Of a DNA stretch of 64,000 nucleotides, positions 1 to 13,697 are shown one piece after another (position 1 is the first letter of the stretch; each line of letters starts with the position of its first letter). The DNA comes from the human T2T-CHM13v2.0 reference genome, Homo sapiens, in assembly GCF_009914755.1 (NCBI RefSeq), contig NC_060947.1. One strand, given 5' to 3'. The notes under the pieces are model-generated. The model saw only the letters and a program-made list of their open reading frames with translations. It had not been told where the DNA came from and ran no database searches. A program made the translations under genes and the position numbers.

Positions 1-282
1 TCACGGATTAATCAATTAATGGGTTATTGCAGAAGTGGGTTAGTTATCACAAGAATGAGTCTAATATAAAATCCAGTTTGCTTCTCAGTGCACCTCTCTT
101 GTCCTATAATGGCTTCCACCATGTTATCACACAGCATGAGGTCTTCACCAGCGGTCCAGTAGATGCAGCCATTCAATCTTGGACTCCTCAGCCTCCAGAA
201 CTGTGAGTCAAAATAAACCTTTTTAAACATAAATTCCCTTGTCTTAGGTATACTGTTATAGCTACAGAAAATTGATTAGAAC
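1..282 (+). mobile_element. MaLR LTR, 3' part (MST family, MSTC/D-like)
   Basis: Typical MST LTR tail 'cagcctccagaactgtgagtcaaaataaacc...ttatagctacagaaaattgattagaaca', followed directly by the MaLR internal start 'gaaaattggtaccagg'. Confidence 0.8.
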
Positions 283-326
283 AGAAAATTGGTACCAGGA
301 TGTGGGGCTGTTGCTAATAAAAAATA

Positions 327-716
327 TGGCATAAAGAAAATGTGGTACATATACACCATTGAATACTATATAGCCATAAAAAGGAATAAGATCATGTACA
401 CTTCAGGGACATAGATGAAGCTGAAAGCCATTACCACCAGGAAACTAATGCATGAACAGAAAACCAAACACCACATGATCTTGCTTATAAGTGGGAGCTG
501 AACAATGAAACACCTGAACATAGGGAGGGGAAAAACACACACTGGGACATGTCAGGGGGTGGGTTGAGGGGAAGGAGAGCATTAGGAAAAATAGCTAATG
601 CATTCTGGGCTCAAAAGCTAGGTGATGGGTTGACAGGTGCAGCAAATCACCATGGAACACGTTTACCTATGTAACAAACCTGCACATTCTGCACCAGAAC
701 TGAAAATAAAAATAAA
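327..716 (+). mobile_element. 5'-truncated L1 (older L1PA) 3' end
   Basis: L1 ORF2 C-terminus and 3' UTR ('aagaaaatgtggtacatatacacc...gtaacaaacctgcacatt') with an A-rich tail. Confidence 0.85.
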
Positions 717-892
717 TACCTGAAGATGTGAAAAGAGCTTTCAAACTAGGTAATGGGTAGAAACTGAAAGAGTTTGAAGGAACAGGTTAGAAAAAGCTTG
801 GGTTGCCATAAATAGAACATTGAGGATAATTTTGGTACAAGTTCAGGATATGAGAGACTGGAGAAAGTCTGAATCTTCATAGAAATTACTTA

Positions 893-1562
893 CACTGTTG
901 GTGGGACTGTAAACTAGTTCAACCATTGTGGAAGACAGTGTGGTGATTCCTCAAGGATCTAGAACTAGAAATACCATTTGACCCAGCCATCCCATTACTG
1001 GGTATATACGCAAAAGATTATAAATCATGCTGCTATAAAGACACATGCACATGTATGTTTATTGTGGCACTATTCACAATAGCAAAGACTTGGAACCAAC
1101 CCAAATGTCCATCAATGATAGACTGGATTAAGAAAATGTGGCACGTATACACCATGGAATACTACGCAGCCATGAAAAAGGATGAGTTCATGTCCTTTGT
1201 AGGGACATGGATGAAGCTGGAAACCATCATTCTCAGCAAACTATTGCAAGGACAGAAAACCCAACACTGCATGTTCTCACTCATAGGTGGGAATTGAACA
1301 ATGAGAACACTTGGACACAGGGTGGGGAACATCACACACCAGGGCCTGTTGTGGGGTGGGGGGAGCAGGGAGGGATAGCATTAGGAGATATACCTAATGT
1401 AAATGATAGGTTAATGGGTGCAGCACACCAACATGGCACGTGTATACATATGTAACAAACCTTCATGTTGTGCACATGTACCATAGAACTTAAAGTATAA
1501 TAAAAAAAAATACTTGTAAGGCAAGTACTCCAGGAGATAAATAAAAACTGAAAAATAAAAAA
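893..1562 (+). mobile_element. 5'-truncated L1PA (PA5-like) with a short 3' transduction
   Basis: ORF2 C-terminal peptide (ORF 1055..1297), 3' UTR, poly(A), ~40 bp of unique sequence and a second A-tail. TSD AGAAATTACTTA at 881-892 and 1563-1574. Confidence 0.9.
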
Positions 1563-2720
1563 AGAAATTACTTAAATGGTCATAACCAGAATGCTGATAG
1601 AAATGTGGACAGTAGAGTCCATTCTGAGGAGGTCTCAGATGGAAGTGAGGCACAAGTACTGGAAACTGGAGTAAAGGCTATCCTTGCTATGTAGTGACAA
1701 ACAACTTAACAACTTGAATGAATTTTGTCTGTGTTTATGGACTTTGTGGAAGGCTGATATTAAGGATGAACTAGGATATCTGACAGAAGAAACGTCTAAG
1801 CAGTAAAGTATTCAGCCTGCTGCATACTGACTGTTGGCCACTTACAATGAGATGTTGGAGCAAAAGAATAGTTCACGGACAGAATTAGTGATTGAAATGG
1901 ATGCAGAACAGAAAGATGTGAAAAATTCATAGCCTGGCCATGTAAAGAGCAAAACAGTATGTATATGAGAACAAAACAAGGGTGTGGCTGAGAGACTGGT
2001 TACTAAAGAGATTAGCATGAATAGAAGGGAGCTAGGTGCTAATCATCAAGACAACAAGAAAATGGCCCTGAAGGCATTCTAGAGATCTTTGAGGCTGCCC
2101 ATTTTATCCTAGGCCCAGAGTTCTATGAGGGAAGAATGCTTTTCTGAGATGGTCCCAGGGCACTCTCCAATCTCCATCCCTGTTGCCCAGGGATGACTCA
2201 GGACTCTACTTCATGCATCCTGGCATAGCACTTTTCAGCAAATCCTGCTGTGGTTCAAGTGGCCTCAGGTGTAGGTCAACTTGCTGCCCTGAAAGATATA
2301 AGCCATAAGCCTTTGTGGCACTATGGTATGGCACAAGTGGACCCAAATGTATCTTGAGAGGGTGCAAGCAGTAACCTTAGGCTATGTCCACATGGTGCTA
2401 ACATTTCAGATGTGCAGAATGCAAGAGCTGTGGGGCCATGATAGCCTGTACCTAGATTTCAGAAGATGTACTTAAAAGCCAGGGGGCCCAGGGAGAGACT
2501 TGTCCCAAAGCAGAGTCACCACTCAGGCCTCCCACAAGGGCAAGGCTGAACAAAAAAGTGGGGTCAGAGCCAGAGCCACCGTCAATATCCCAGAACTGTG
2601 GAGCCACTGGAAGCATGCAAAGCCATTCTGGGAGATCTAAAGTATGGGATGAGCTCAGAAAAGCCATAGAGGTAAGGTTGCTCAATGTCTTGAGTTTCAA
2701 CTTTCTCATATGTGTGGGCT

Positions 2721-5310
2721 GTGAACATGCACACAGAACCCAGTGATCCTGTCCCCCTCTGTCCCCCTCCCCCTCAATGCCCTCCTCCCTATGCTGTCAC
2801 CACTGTTGTTGCCAGTGCCTGCAGGGAGGCTGGCAGCCCCAGACACACTAGTGCCCCACCCCAACTGATGAGGGTGCACCTCAGCATGCTGTTAATGGTG
2901 CTTGCACATGCAAATGAGAACAGATTTTGCTTCCACCACCCAAAGAAACACTTTGGCTGGCACCACCATTCAGAGTGTTGTGACCAGCAGCCCAGGAACA
3001 TCTTGACCCATCGAGTGCATCAGGTTTTTATACCTGAGGCGACAGATACCAAAGCTGGGGACCTGATATTTTCCCCTCAGAGTTAGAGCATACAGGTCAG
3101 GAGTGCTGACCTGAATCTTGGGCCCCTCCAAATCTACCACAAATGAAGGCAGTCAGCTGAATCTAACTTATACCACAATCAAACCTGCAACGACATCAAA
3201 GAAGATAAAACTGAAAGAAAATCCATCCAAAGGACAGCAACTTCAAGGACTAAAGGAACATCATCTGACAAAGATGAAAAAGAGCCAGTGCAAGGTCTCT
3301 GGCTACTTAAAAGTCCAGAATGTCTTATAACCTCCAGACAATAACACTAGTTCCCCAGCAATGGTTCTTAACCAGGCTGAGATGCCTGAAATGACAGAAA
3401 TGGAATTCAGAATATGAATAGGAATAAAGATCATTGATATTCACAAGAAATTCAAAACCCAATCAAATAATTCTAAGAAATACAATAAAACAGTACAGGA
3501 AATAAAAGATGAATTTGTCATTTTAAGAAAGAACCAAACTGAGCTAATAGAGCTGAAAATCCCACTTTAAGAATTTCAGAACACAACTGCAACTATTAAC
3601 AGCAGAACTGACCAAGGTGAGGAAAGAATCTCAGAGCTTGAAGACCTGCTTTTCAAAGTAACTCAGACAAAAATATAGAAAAACAATAAAAAGAATGAAC
3701 AAAATCTCTGAGAAACATGGGCTTATGTAAACAGACTAAACTATGACTCATTGGCATCCTTCAAAGAAAAGGAGAAAAAGTAAGCAACTTGAAAAACATA
3801 TTTCAGAACACTATCCATTAACATTTCCCCAACCTCACGAGAGATGCCAACATTCAAATTCAGAAACCCCTATGAAATACTACACAAGAAGATCATCCCC
3901 AAGACACATAATCATCAAATTGTTCAAGGTTGAAATGAAAGAAAAAATGTTAAAGACAACTAGAGAGAAGGGGGCAGGTGACATACAAAGGGAATCCCAT
4001 CAGGTTAACAGCATACATTTCAGAAAAAAAAAAAAAAAACCTACAAGACAGGAGAGAATGAGGACCTATATTCAACATTCCTAAATTCCTAAAGAAAAGA
4101 ATTTTTAACCAAGAACTTCATATTCAACCAAACTAAGCTTCATGAGTAAAGGAGAAATAGGATCATTTTCAGACAACCACATGCTGAGGGAAGTTGTTAC
4201 CACAAAACCTGTCTTATAAGAGGTCCTTAAGGGAGTGCTAAACATAAAAAGAAAAAATCATTACCAGCCACCACACAAACACACTTAAGTACACAGACCA
4301 CTGAGACTATAAAGCAAACACACAGACAAGTCTAGATAATAAACAGCTAACAACACAAGGACAGTGAGAAATCATATCTATACTAAATTTGTTTTTTGAT
4401 TTTCATCAACTTTTATTTTAAGTTCCAGGATACATGTGCAGGATGTGTACATTTATTATGTGGTTTGCTGCACAGATCAACCCATCACCTAGGTATTAAG
4501 CCTAGCATCCATCATCTTTTCTTCTTGATGCTCTCCATCCTCCTGCCCCCACCAAGAGTCCCCAGTGTGTGTTATTCCCCCCATGTGTCCATGTGTTCCA
4601 TCATTCAGCTCCCACTTACAAGTGAGAACATGTTTTGTTTGGTTTTCTGTTCCTGAGTTAGTTTGCTGAAAATAATGACTTCCAGCTCCATACATATTCC
4701 TGCAAAGGACATGATCTCATTCCTTTTTGTGGCTGCATAGTATTTCATGGTAAATATGTGGCACATTTTCTTTATCCAGTCTATCATTGATGGGCATTTG
4801 GGTTGATTCCATGTCTTCGCTACTGTGAGTAGCACTGCAGTGAACATACATGTGCATGTATCTTTATAATAGAATAATTTATATTCCTTTGGGTATATAC
4901 CCAGTAATGGGATTGCTGGGTCAAATGGTATTTCTGTACTAACTTTGAATGTAAATGGGCCAAATGCTCCAATAAAAAGGCTTAGGGTGGCAAGATGACA
5001 TAGATTACTTTTTCCACTGAATTAGTAAGAGTTATTTAAAATAAAATATACTCATACAATTTATATTTGCATGTTCTAACTTATAAGTGGAAGTTAAACA
5101 TCAGGAACATATGGACACAAAAAAGGGAACAACAGACACTGAAACCAACTTGAGGGTGGAGGGTGGAGGAGAGTGATGATCAAAAATTATCTATAGGCAT
5201 ATTACCTGTGTGGTGAAACAATCTGAACACCAAACACCTGTGACACACAATTTACCAATATAATAAACCTGCACATGTACCCTTGAACCTAAAATAAAAG
5301 TTAAAAAAAG
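2721..5310 (+). mobile_element. Old L1 (L1PA15/16-like): distal 5' UTR, decayed ORF1, ORF2 start, large internal deletion, 3' end
   Basis: ORF1 remnant (RSSPRHIIIKLFKVEMKEKMLK, ORF 3743..4084). The ORF2 start 'gaatgtaaatgggccaaatgctcc' breaks near 4997. The 3' UTR spans 5068-5310 and ends 'gaacctaaaataaaagttaaaaaaa'. Confidence 0.8.
4391..4932 (-). mobile_element. L1PA 3' fragment nested in the older L1
   Basis: Minus-strand ORF2 C-terminus (ORF 4605..4847) with T-rich tail. Degenerate TSD tctatactaaattt / tctgtactaacttt. Confidence 0.85.
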
Positions 5311-5334
5311 ATGGGACTACTGTTTTTTAAAAAA

Positions 5335-5800
5335 ATGTTCATAGGAACAGTAGTCACAATTGCTAAAAGGCAGAAAAAACCCAAATGTCCATCAATAAGT
5401 AAATGGATAAATAAAATGTTGTGTATACATACAATGGAATATTAGTCATAAAATGAAATGAAGTAGATACTACAATATAGACAAACTGCTAAAACATTTT
5501 TACATGAAAGAAGACAAACACAAAAGTTATATATTGTATAATTCCATATATGTAAATAATTTGCAGAATAGGTAAATTTCTAAAGTTGGAAAGCAAACTG
5601 ATGACTCTCAGGAGATGGGAATAAAGGGAAATAGGATGTTCCCACTTAATGGGAATTGTGTTTCCTTTGGGAAGATGAAAATATTTTGGAACTAGATAGA
5701 GGTGGTTGTTGTACAAAAATGTGAACATACTAAATATCACTGAATTGTACACTTTAAAATGGTGAATTTTGTTAAGTGAATTTCTCCTAAGCAAAAAATA
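5335..5800 (+). mobile_element. L1MB/MC-type 3' end
   Basis: 'cccaaatgtccatcaataagtaaatggataaataaaatg...tgaattgtacactttaaaatggtgaattt' is typical of mammalian-wide L1 3' UTRs. Confidence 0.75.
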
Positions 5801-6164
5801 ATAATTTACTCACCAAAAAATCATTAAAGAAGGAGTTGAGATTCTAATAAACATTTTAGCTACTTCTACTTCTTATGTATCTTCTGAGATGATAAACTTA
5901 TGGGGTCATGTTTATTTTAAAGTTATTTGATTAAGGTGTCCAGGCTATTCCACAAATTATGTGATCCCAATGAGCTACCCCCTCTTAATTAAGGTAATGG
6001 AGTGGAAATCCTTTTTGTTGCACTAAGAGGCCCAAGTCTGTAAATAACATTGATCAGGGGACCTGCAAATCTGCATTATATAGAGAAAAGAGGTTGAGCT
6101 TTTTGAAGGTAGAAGGACAGAGAGAAAAAGTGAGGAAATTAGCACGTATTTATTTAAATACTTT

Positions 6165-6340
6165 AGGTACAACACCTCATTTAAATCCCCTAACAACCTT
6201 CTGAGATAAGGTGCATTTTACCTGTTCTAAAGATACAGAAATTGAGGTGCTAAAAGGTTGAGCAATTTCCACAATTAGAATGTGTCAGGAAAGGATTCAA
6301 ACCCAAGTGTGTCACATTTTGTAGCCTGTTTTATTTCTAC
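6165..6340 (-). mobile_element. MIR SINE
   Basis: Reverse-orientation MIR core 'tcatttaaatcccctaacaacc...cagaaattgagg...ggattcaaacccaag'. Confidence 0.65.
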
Positions 6341-6422
6341 TATGCAACTCCTCTTCTTGAGTTTTGACTTCTGTTTATGCCTATGGTCCAAGAGGAAATG
6401 AATAAAAACATTTTTGTGTGAA

Positions 6423-6960
6423 TATCAGGGGAATCTGCCCCCAATGATCCAACGTGAGTTCTTTTCTATTTTCTCTAAGTGTCAGCCGGTCTGAGAAATA
6501 AAGGGAAAGAGTACAAAAGAGAGAAATTTTAAAGCTGGGTGTCTGGGGGAGACATCACATGTTGGCAAGTTCCGTGATGCCCCCTGAGCCATAAAACCAG
6601 CAAGTTTTTATTAGCAATTTTCAGAGGGGAGGGAATGTACGAATAGGGTGTGGGTCACAGAGATCACATGCTTTAAGGGCAACAAAAAATCACAAGGCAG
6701 ATGAGCAGGGCAAGATCACAAGTTCAGGGCAAAACTAGAGTCACTAATGAACTTCCATGTCCTGCTGTGCACGCATTGTCATTGATAAACATCTTAACAG
6801 GGTGCAAGAGCAGAGAACCGGTCTGACTAAAATTCGCCATGCTGGAATTTCCTAATCCTAGCAAGCCTGGGGGCACTGCAGGAGACTAGGGCGTGTTTCA
6901 TCCCTACCTACATCTGCATAAAGGCAGACACTCCCAGGGCGGCCATTTCAGAGGCCTCCC
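6423..6960 (-). mobile_element. MER11 LTR (HERV-K HML-8), 3' ~540 bp only
   Basis: The reverse complement ends '...ttcccctgata' like MER11. Internal blocks 'ggagacatcacatgttggc', 'agagatcacatgc' and 'cagagaaccggtctgac' also match. No 5' half or TSD found. Confidence 0.8.
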
Positions 6961-7284
6961 TCTTGTTATTCACTACACTGTATTTGGTTTTTTGGTCCCT
7001 CCAATGAACTATAAGAAAATGTAATGTATTATATCAGGTTCATCACTATCTCCCCAGGACATAGCACAAAAAGCATTTGATTTTTTTTTTTTTGCTTGAG
7101 TTAATAACTGAATGGATTTTATTCAAAATTGTATACATATATTTTAATGACTATGTAACATTTCATCTTGTTGTGATGTATGATATGAGGTGAGAGTAAT
7201 TTTCCATTTTTCTTCAAATGGCTAACCAATTCTCCCACTCTGAGTTATGCAGCATCCCTTTCCACCTCCATTAATAATAAAGGG

Positions 7285-7490
7285 GAAATCCTGGTTCTTC
7301 GACTTAGAGGCCTGGGTTTTATAATCATGCAAATTATAAGGCTTCCAAGGCACCATAGTGTAGGAAAAACAGGATGACTAGGTTACAGCCCAGCCATTCT
7401 CACAGGTGAGGGAGTTGAGCCAGAAATCAGTAGCTTTTAAAGCTCTCCTGGTGATTCCAGTGTGTGGCCCAGTTTTTAAATGTCCTATTA
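7285..7490. mobile_element. MER5-like hAT DNA transposon relic
   Basis: 'gccagaaatcagtagcttttaaagctctcctggtgattccagtgtgtggcccagttt' resembles the MER5 right end. Confidence 0.5.
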
Positions 7491-7554
7491 TACTGTATTG
7501 CATAGCATTTACAATATCTGGCAATATATTATAGAATTAATCTTCATTGAATAT

Positions 7555-7686
7555 CTTTCCTAGCAAATGTAAAACTCATGGGGACAGAGATTTTGTCTCT
7601 TTGGTTAACTTATATATCTTCAAATATCTAGGACAGTAACTGGCACACAGTAAATTCTCAATAAATACTTATTGACTGAAAATAAA
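7555..7686 (+). mobile_element. L2 3' end
   Basis: 'aatgtaaaactcatggggacagagattttgtc...ggcacacagtaaattctcaataaatac...tgaa'. Confidence 0.7.
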
Positions 7687-7699
7687 CTCAAATCTCATT

Positions 7700-8420
7700 A
7701 GAAAATGTATTAGTGTGAAAATGAACAAAAATATGAGTAAATATTTTTCCACAAGATATACACAAGTAGCCAATAAACATATGAAAAGATTATCAATATC
7801 ATTACTCATTAGGGAAATGCAAATCAAAACCACAGTAAGATGTCACCTATACACTTGAATGGCTATAATTTAAAAGATAGATAATAACAAGTGTTGTTGT
7901 GGATATGGAGAAATTAGAATCATCATACACTGCTGATAGAAATAAATGTAAAACAGTGCAGCTGCTTTGCAAGACAGTATGACAGTTCTTCCAAAGATAA
8001 ACACAGACTTATTTAATTCAGGAATTGCACTCCTTGGTATTTAACACAGAGAAATGAAAACACATATCCATACAAACAGTTGTACATAAAAGTGCTTAGT
8101 AGCATTATTCATAATAGCCAAAAAGTGAAAATAGCACAAATGTCCATTACCGGACAAACAAATAAACAAAATGTGTTATATCATAAAATAGGATATTATT
8201 TGGCAAAAAGAAATACAATATTTGTAAATGCTACATGCTACAACCTGTATGAATCTTAAAATCAAAAGTCAGACAGAAAAGGCTACATATTGTGTAATTC
8301 TACTTATGTTAAATGTCCAGAAGAGTCACATTCATGGAGACAGACAGTAAATTTGTGGTTGCCTGTGCTTCATAATGGGGTGAAAATTGGGGGGTGAATG
8401 CTAAGGGGGTTCAAAGTATA
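7700..8420 (+). mobile_element. L1MB-type ORF2 end and 3' UTR, interrupted near 8420
   Basis: 'ttagggaaatgcaaatcaaaaccacagtaagatg', 'agcattattcataatagccaaaaagtg'. The 3' UTR stops mid-way where the putative retrocopy begins. Confidence 0.75.
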
Positions 8421-11105
8421 TTCTTGTTTTTACGGTGATTTCAAGAAGTTTAATGAAATTCCAAGACAAAATGTGATGAATTTCTACACATATACAATAT
8501 GCACATGTGGGTTTACAAATTTTAATTAATAAGTCGTTTCACCTCAGAGACCAGAAAAACATGATCAAAAAGAAACTGTGAGTAACAACCCATAATGTAG
8601 TTCACCACAATGGGACCCACCCTTTTCTTAGCCTATTGTTAGTAATATTACAATAAAAATAACTGCATTCTTCTATGTTTTTCTGTTAAAATAATCTCAT
8701 AAATGTACAATGCTATTATTAGTTTCAAAGACTAATATAAATTCACTCTATTTTTCAACAAATAAAATGATTAATTTAAAAGCACACAATGTCATGATGA
8801 AAAACACAAGCATTTTAGTAGCAAGGACTTGATCAGATAAGAATTTGTTTTCTTGTTAAACATTCTAAAGCCAAGTAAAATATTCATTCTTATAATATAT
8901 CTATAATATTAGACTAAGGAATAGGCTACATATAGGTCTAAAACACTTTGGTTTGTAGTTTTTAAAAAGAAGGCTTTTATAAATAAAAAAGAGGCACAAT
9001 TCACATAGGAAAAAGAGGAACATGAGAAAATGCAATTATTTTCACACAGATCCACATGCATGAACACTTTTTATTATAGGAACTGTATTGTGAAGAAACA
9101 CAACAGGCTGGAACTTTCACAGAATTATTGAGATTGAGCTAAGATAATCTGATAGGGAAAGATCTAAGCAAGGTGACCTTGGAGAAGGAGCCATGTTTCC
9201 TGGACTGATAACTGAGTGTCACCAGATCTCCTCTTCACTGTCCTCATTCTGGGGAGTGAGTCTCCAATCCAGAGTGTCCTGAATTCATGGGCACTCATGA
9301 ATTCATATAGAAAGGTAAACATTTCTACAGATCCATTCTCTTTCCATCATGACGAATACAATTTTTGGAAAGATGATAGAATATCAGAGGCTGCAGCTCA
9401 ATACATGTGGTCAAAGCAAAACAGGATAGAAAATTCCAGTCATTCTGATTTGTTGCCTAACTTACCCATCTTTGCCCTTGATGCTGGGACCCGGGAGAGC
9501 AGTGGCACCTTCAGGGTTGGCTGGCTCCACTGTGATGAGGTGGATAACAAGGACCCAATGCCACATCTCAGCCCTAACTGTGTGGAGCAGCCTGGGACAC
9601 AGCCCATGCCTATCTGAGACACCAGTGCTGACTCCAGCCTCTGAAGAGCACTTCTTCAACCTCATCCATAGAGTTATACTTCTATCAAGTTTTGTTTTAT
9701 ACACAAAAACATATATATCAACATCTATATGTATACAGTAATTCTACTAAACTAGAAATTCTGCTACCCTAAAGTATGACTTTCTTGTATAATTCATTTG
9801 GTTATAAAAAACACACAAAGAGGATGAAGAGATGATTTAGGAGCCAGAGATGATTGTTCCCTGGAAAGTCCATGGAAGAAAGCTTTAAATGAGCAGTAAC
9901 AAAAAAGAAGGGGGAAAGTGAAAGGGAGAAGGGAACCAGTTGACTTGAAGGCAACGTAAACAGGAATATCTATTTGGATCAGGGTGTGGGGTGTGCTTTC
10001 TGTTCCATTGAGAAGTCACAGAAAACTACCAAGGATGGACGCGGTCAAGCCAATTTCTACTTACCAAGTTCTTCCTTATAAATTGAGAGAAACTTTTTAA
10101 ACAATAACAGTCAATCCACTGACCCTCAACCCAGCGAACGACTCTCTTACAGGAAGGCAAGACCACCACTCTCAAGGCTAAGTGAGCCCTTCTTGCTGGC
10201 TCTCAAGCTTCCTAGGAGTCCTGGGCGCCTGAGTATGGGGCTGTGGTGACAGCAGGGCAGAGGCAGAGGTAGCCACAGCAACAGTGACCCAATGTAATGA
10301 GGGAGTGGTAGTTCCAGGAGAGATTCGTTTGGAGATTGGTTGAAATAAGACTAGAGAGAGCAAAGGCAGAATCCTTTTTCTGATACAACATACATTTTGA
10401 ATTTTTAAAAAGTCAATTTTCATATTTCTTAAAAATATGGGTAGCATCCAACGACAGTGACACAAAATTCATTTGGTTAATTCATGTGAAGGAAAAAAGT
10501 ACAAATAGGAAAGTGGGAGTATGATTAGGTGGGGTGAGATAGAAAATATTTTATAACATATTTACAAAAAAAAATTGTCATAACACACTGTCAATGCAGT
10601 TCACAGGGATAAAGCAAATTAGTGATTTACTTTTTTAAAAAAGCTTCCTAGTTCCAGGAGTTTTGCATTTTTCAAGGTCTTATCTGCTAAAGGAATGCCC
10701 TTTAGGTCACAGCAGGTTCTCTGCAGTTTGGTTGTGGCATAAGAGAAAACACAAAATGAACCAAAACCCTTAGGTAAACTGGCATTACCTTAAGGGTAAG
10801 TCTGTTCCTGTGTAACAGCAGGGCCCTTTCCCATCTCTGAAGCAACTCTTTTGTTACAAACATGTCTGTTTACAGCTAACCTCAATGGACCATGCTAAGC
10901 TACCCTTCAGTCTCTGCCTCATTTTCCTGCTCACCAACACTGGCCATCTAGGAAAGGAAGCTAAGGTTCCCCTCCCACCCAACCAGGCTTTGAGTCTAAG
11001 TTTGACAATGAGTAAAACATAAGCATAGCCTATTACGTTGATTTTGTTTAAAGGAGAAAATGAACAAATGACAGCAGATATATGAAAAATCCTGACAGTG
11101 ACCAT
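8421..11105 (-). pseudogene. Probable processed retrocopy of an mRNA 3' UTR (parent gene not identified)
   Basis: 2.7 kb without recognisable repeats inside an otherwise repeat-saturated region. The minus strand is U/UG-rich like a 3' UTR and ends ATTAAA-cttcttgaaatcaccgt-aaaaacaagaa (signal at 8449-8454, decayed tail ~8421-8431). It interrupts an L1MB. Confidence 0.6.
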
Positions 11106-12405
<1,300 letters not shown>

Positions 12406-13697
12406 TGATTCCATTCTTTTTTATGACTGAATAGTATTCCATTTGGCATATATACTATATTTTCTTTATCTAATTATCCATAGAGGAAACATAGGTTGAT
12501 TTCATGTCTTTGCTATTGTGAATAGTGCCAATATAAGCATACACCTGCAGGTAACTTTTTCACATAATGATTTATTTTCCTTTGGGTAGATACACAGTAG
12601 TGGAGTTGCTGAATCAAATTGTAATTGTATTTTTAGTTCTTTGAAAAATCACCAAACTGGTTTCCATAGAGTTTATACTGATTTGCATTGTCCCAACAGT
12701 ATATAAGCATTTCCTTTTATCCACATATTTGCCAACATTTGCTATTTTTGACTTTTTAATAAAAGCCATACTGACTATGATAAGACGATATTTTATTGTG
12801 ATTTTAATTTGCATGTCTCTGATGGTCAGTGACATTGAGCATTTTTTCATATACCTGTTGGCCATTTCTATGTCTTCTTTTGGAAAATGTCTATTATTTG
12901 CCCACTTTTTAATGAAAATTTTTGGAAGTTTTGATTGAGTTGTTTGAATTCCTTGTATATTCTATCAGAAAAACATCCCATGCTCATAGATAGGAAAAAT
13001 TAATATTGTTAAAATGACAATAGTGCCCAAAGCAATCTACAGATTCAATGTAATACCTATCAAAATACCAACATCATTTTTCACAGAATTAAAAAAACCA
13101 ATTTTAAAATTCATACGGAACCAAAAAAGGACCCAAATATTCAAAGAAATTCTAAGCAAAAAGAACACAGTTAGTGGCATCACATTACCTGACTTCAAAT
13201 AATGCTACAAGGCTATAGTACCCAAAACAGCATGGTAGTGGAATTAAAATGGACACATAGATCAATGGAACAGAATAGAAAATCCAGAAATAAAGCCACT
13301 CATATTTACAGACAACCTATCTTTGACAAAGTCGACAAGAATATACACTGGGAAAAGGACACCCCTTTCAATAAATAGGTTTTGGAAAATGGGAAAATTG
13401 GGTTGCCACATGCAGAAGTATAAAAGTGGACCCCTGTCTCCCAAAATATATAAAAATCAACTCAAGAAGAATTAAAGACTTAAATGGAGTACTAGAATAA
13501 AACCTAAGGAAAACTCATTTGTACCATGGTCTAGGCAACAAACTTATGACTAAGACCTCAAAAGCAAGCCGACAAAAACAAAAATAGTCAAATGAGCCTT
13601 AATTAAACTAGAAATTTTCAGCTCAGCAAAATGAATAATTAACAGAGTGAACAGAGTATCTGCAGAATGGGAGAAAATACTTGAAATACATGCATCA
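12406..13697 (-). mobile_element. Old L1 (L1PB/MA-like) with 5' inversion
   Basis: Minus-strand ORF2 C-terminal part 12406-12965 joined to a plus-strand upstream ORF2 part 12966-13697 (ORF 13014..13202, [13 protein letters not shown]). Confidence 0.75.

Larger units (their letters stand above)
283..2720 (+). mobile_element. MaLR (MST) internal sequence, interrupted by two L1 fragments and truncated near 2720
   Basis: MaLR-int motifs ('cctgaagatgtg...aactaggtaatgggtag', 'gaggtctcagatggaagtgagg', 'cctagatttcagaagatgta') resume after each L1 insertion. Confidence 0.75.

Noticed and set aside
9280-9305. Perfect 10-bp-arm hairpin TGAATTCATG-ggcact-CATGAATTCA
   Set aside because: The loop does not fit the IRE (CAGUGN with bulged C) or histone stem-loop consensus, and it is too short for a pre-miRNA.
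9216-9741. Overlapping ORFs of 60-133 aa in the unique island
   Set aside because: No recognisable protein similarity or splice structure; better explained as UTR-derived sequence.
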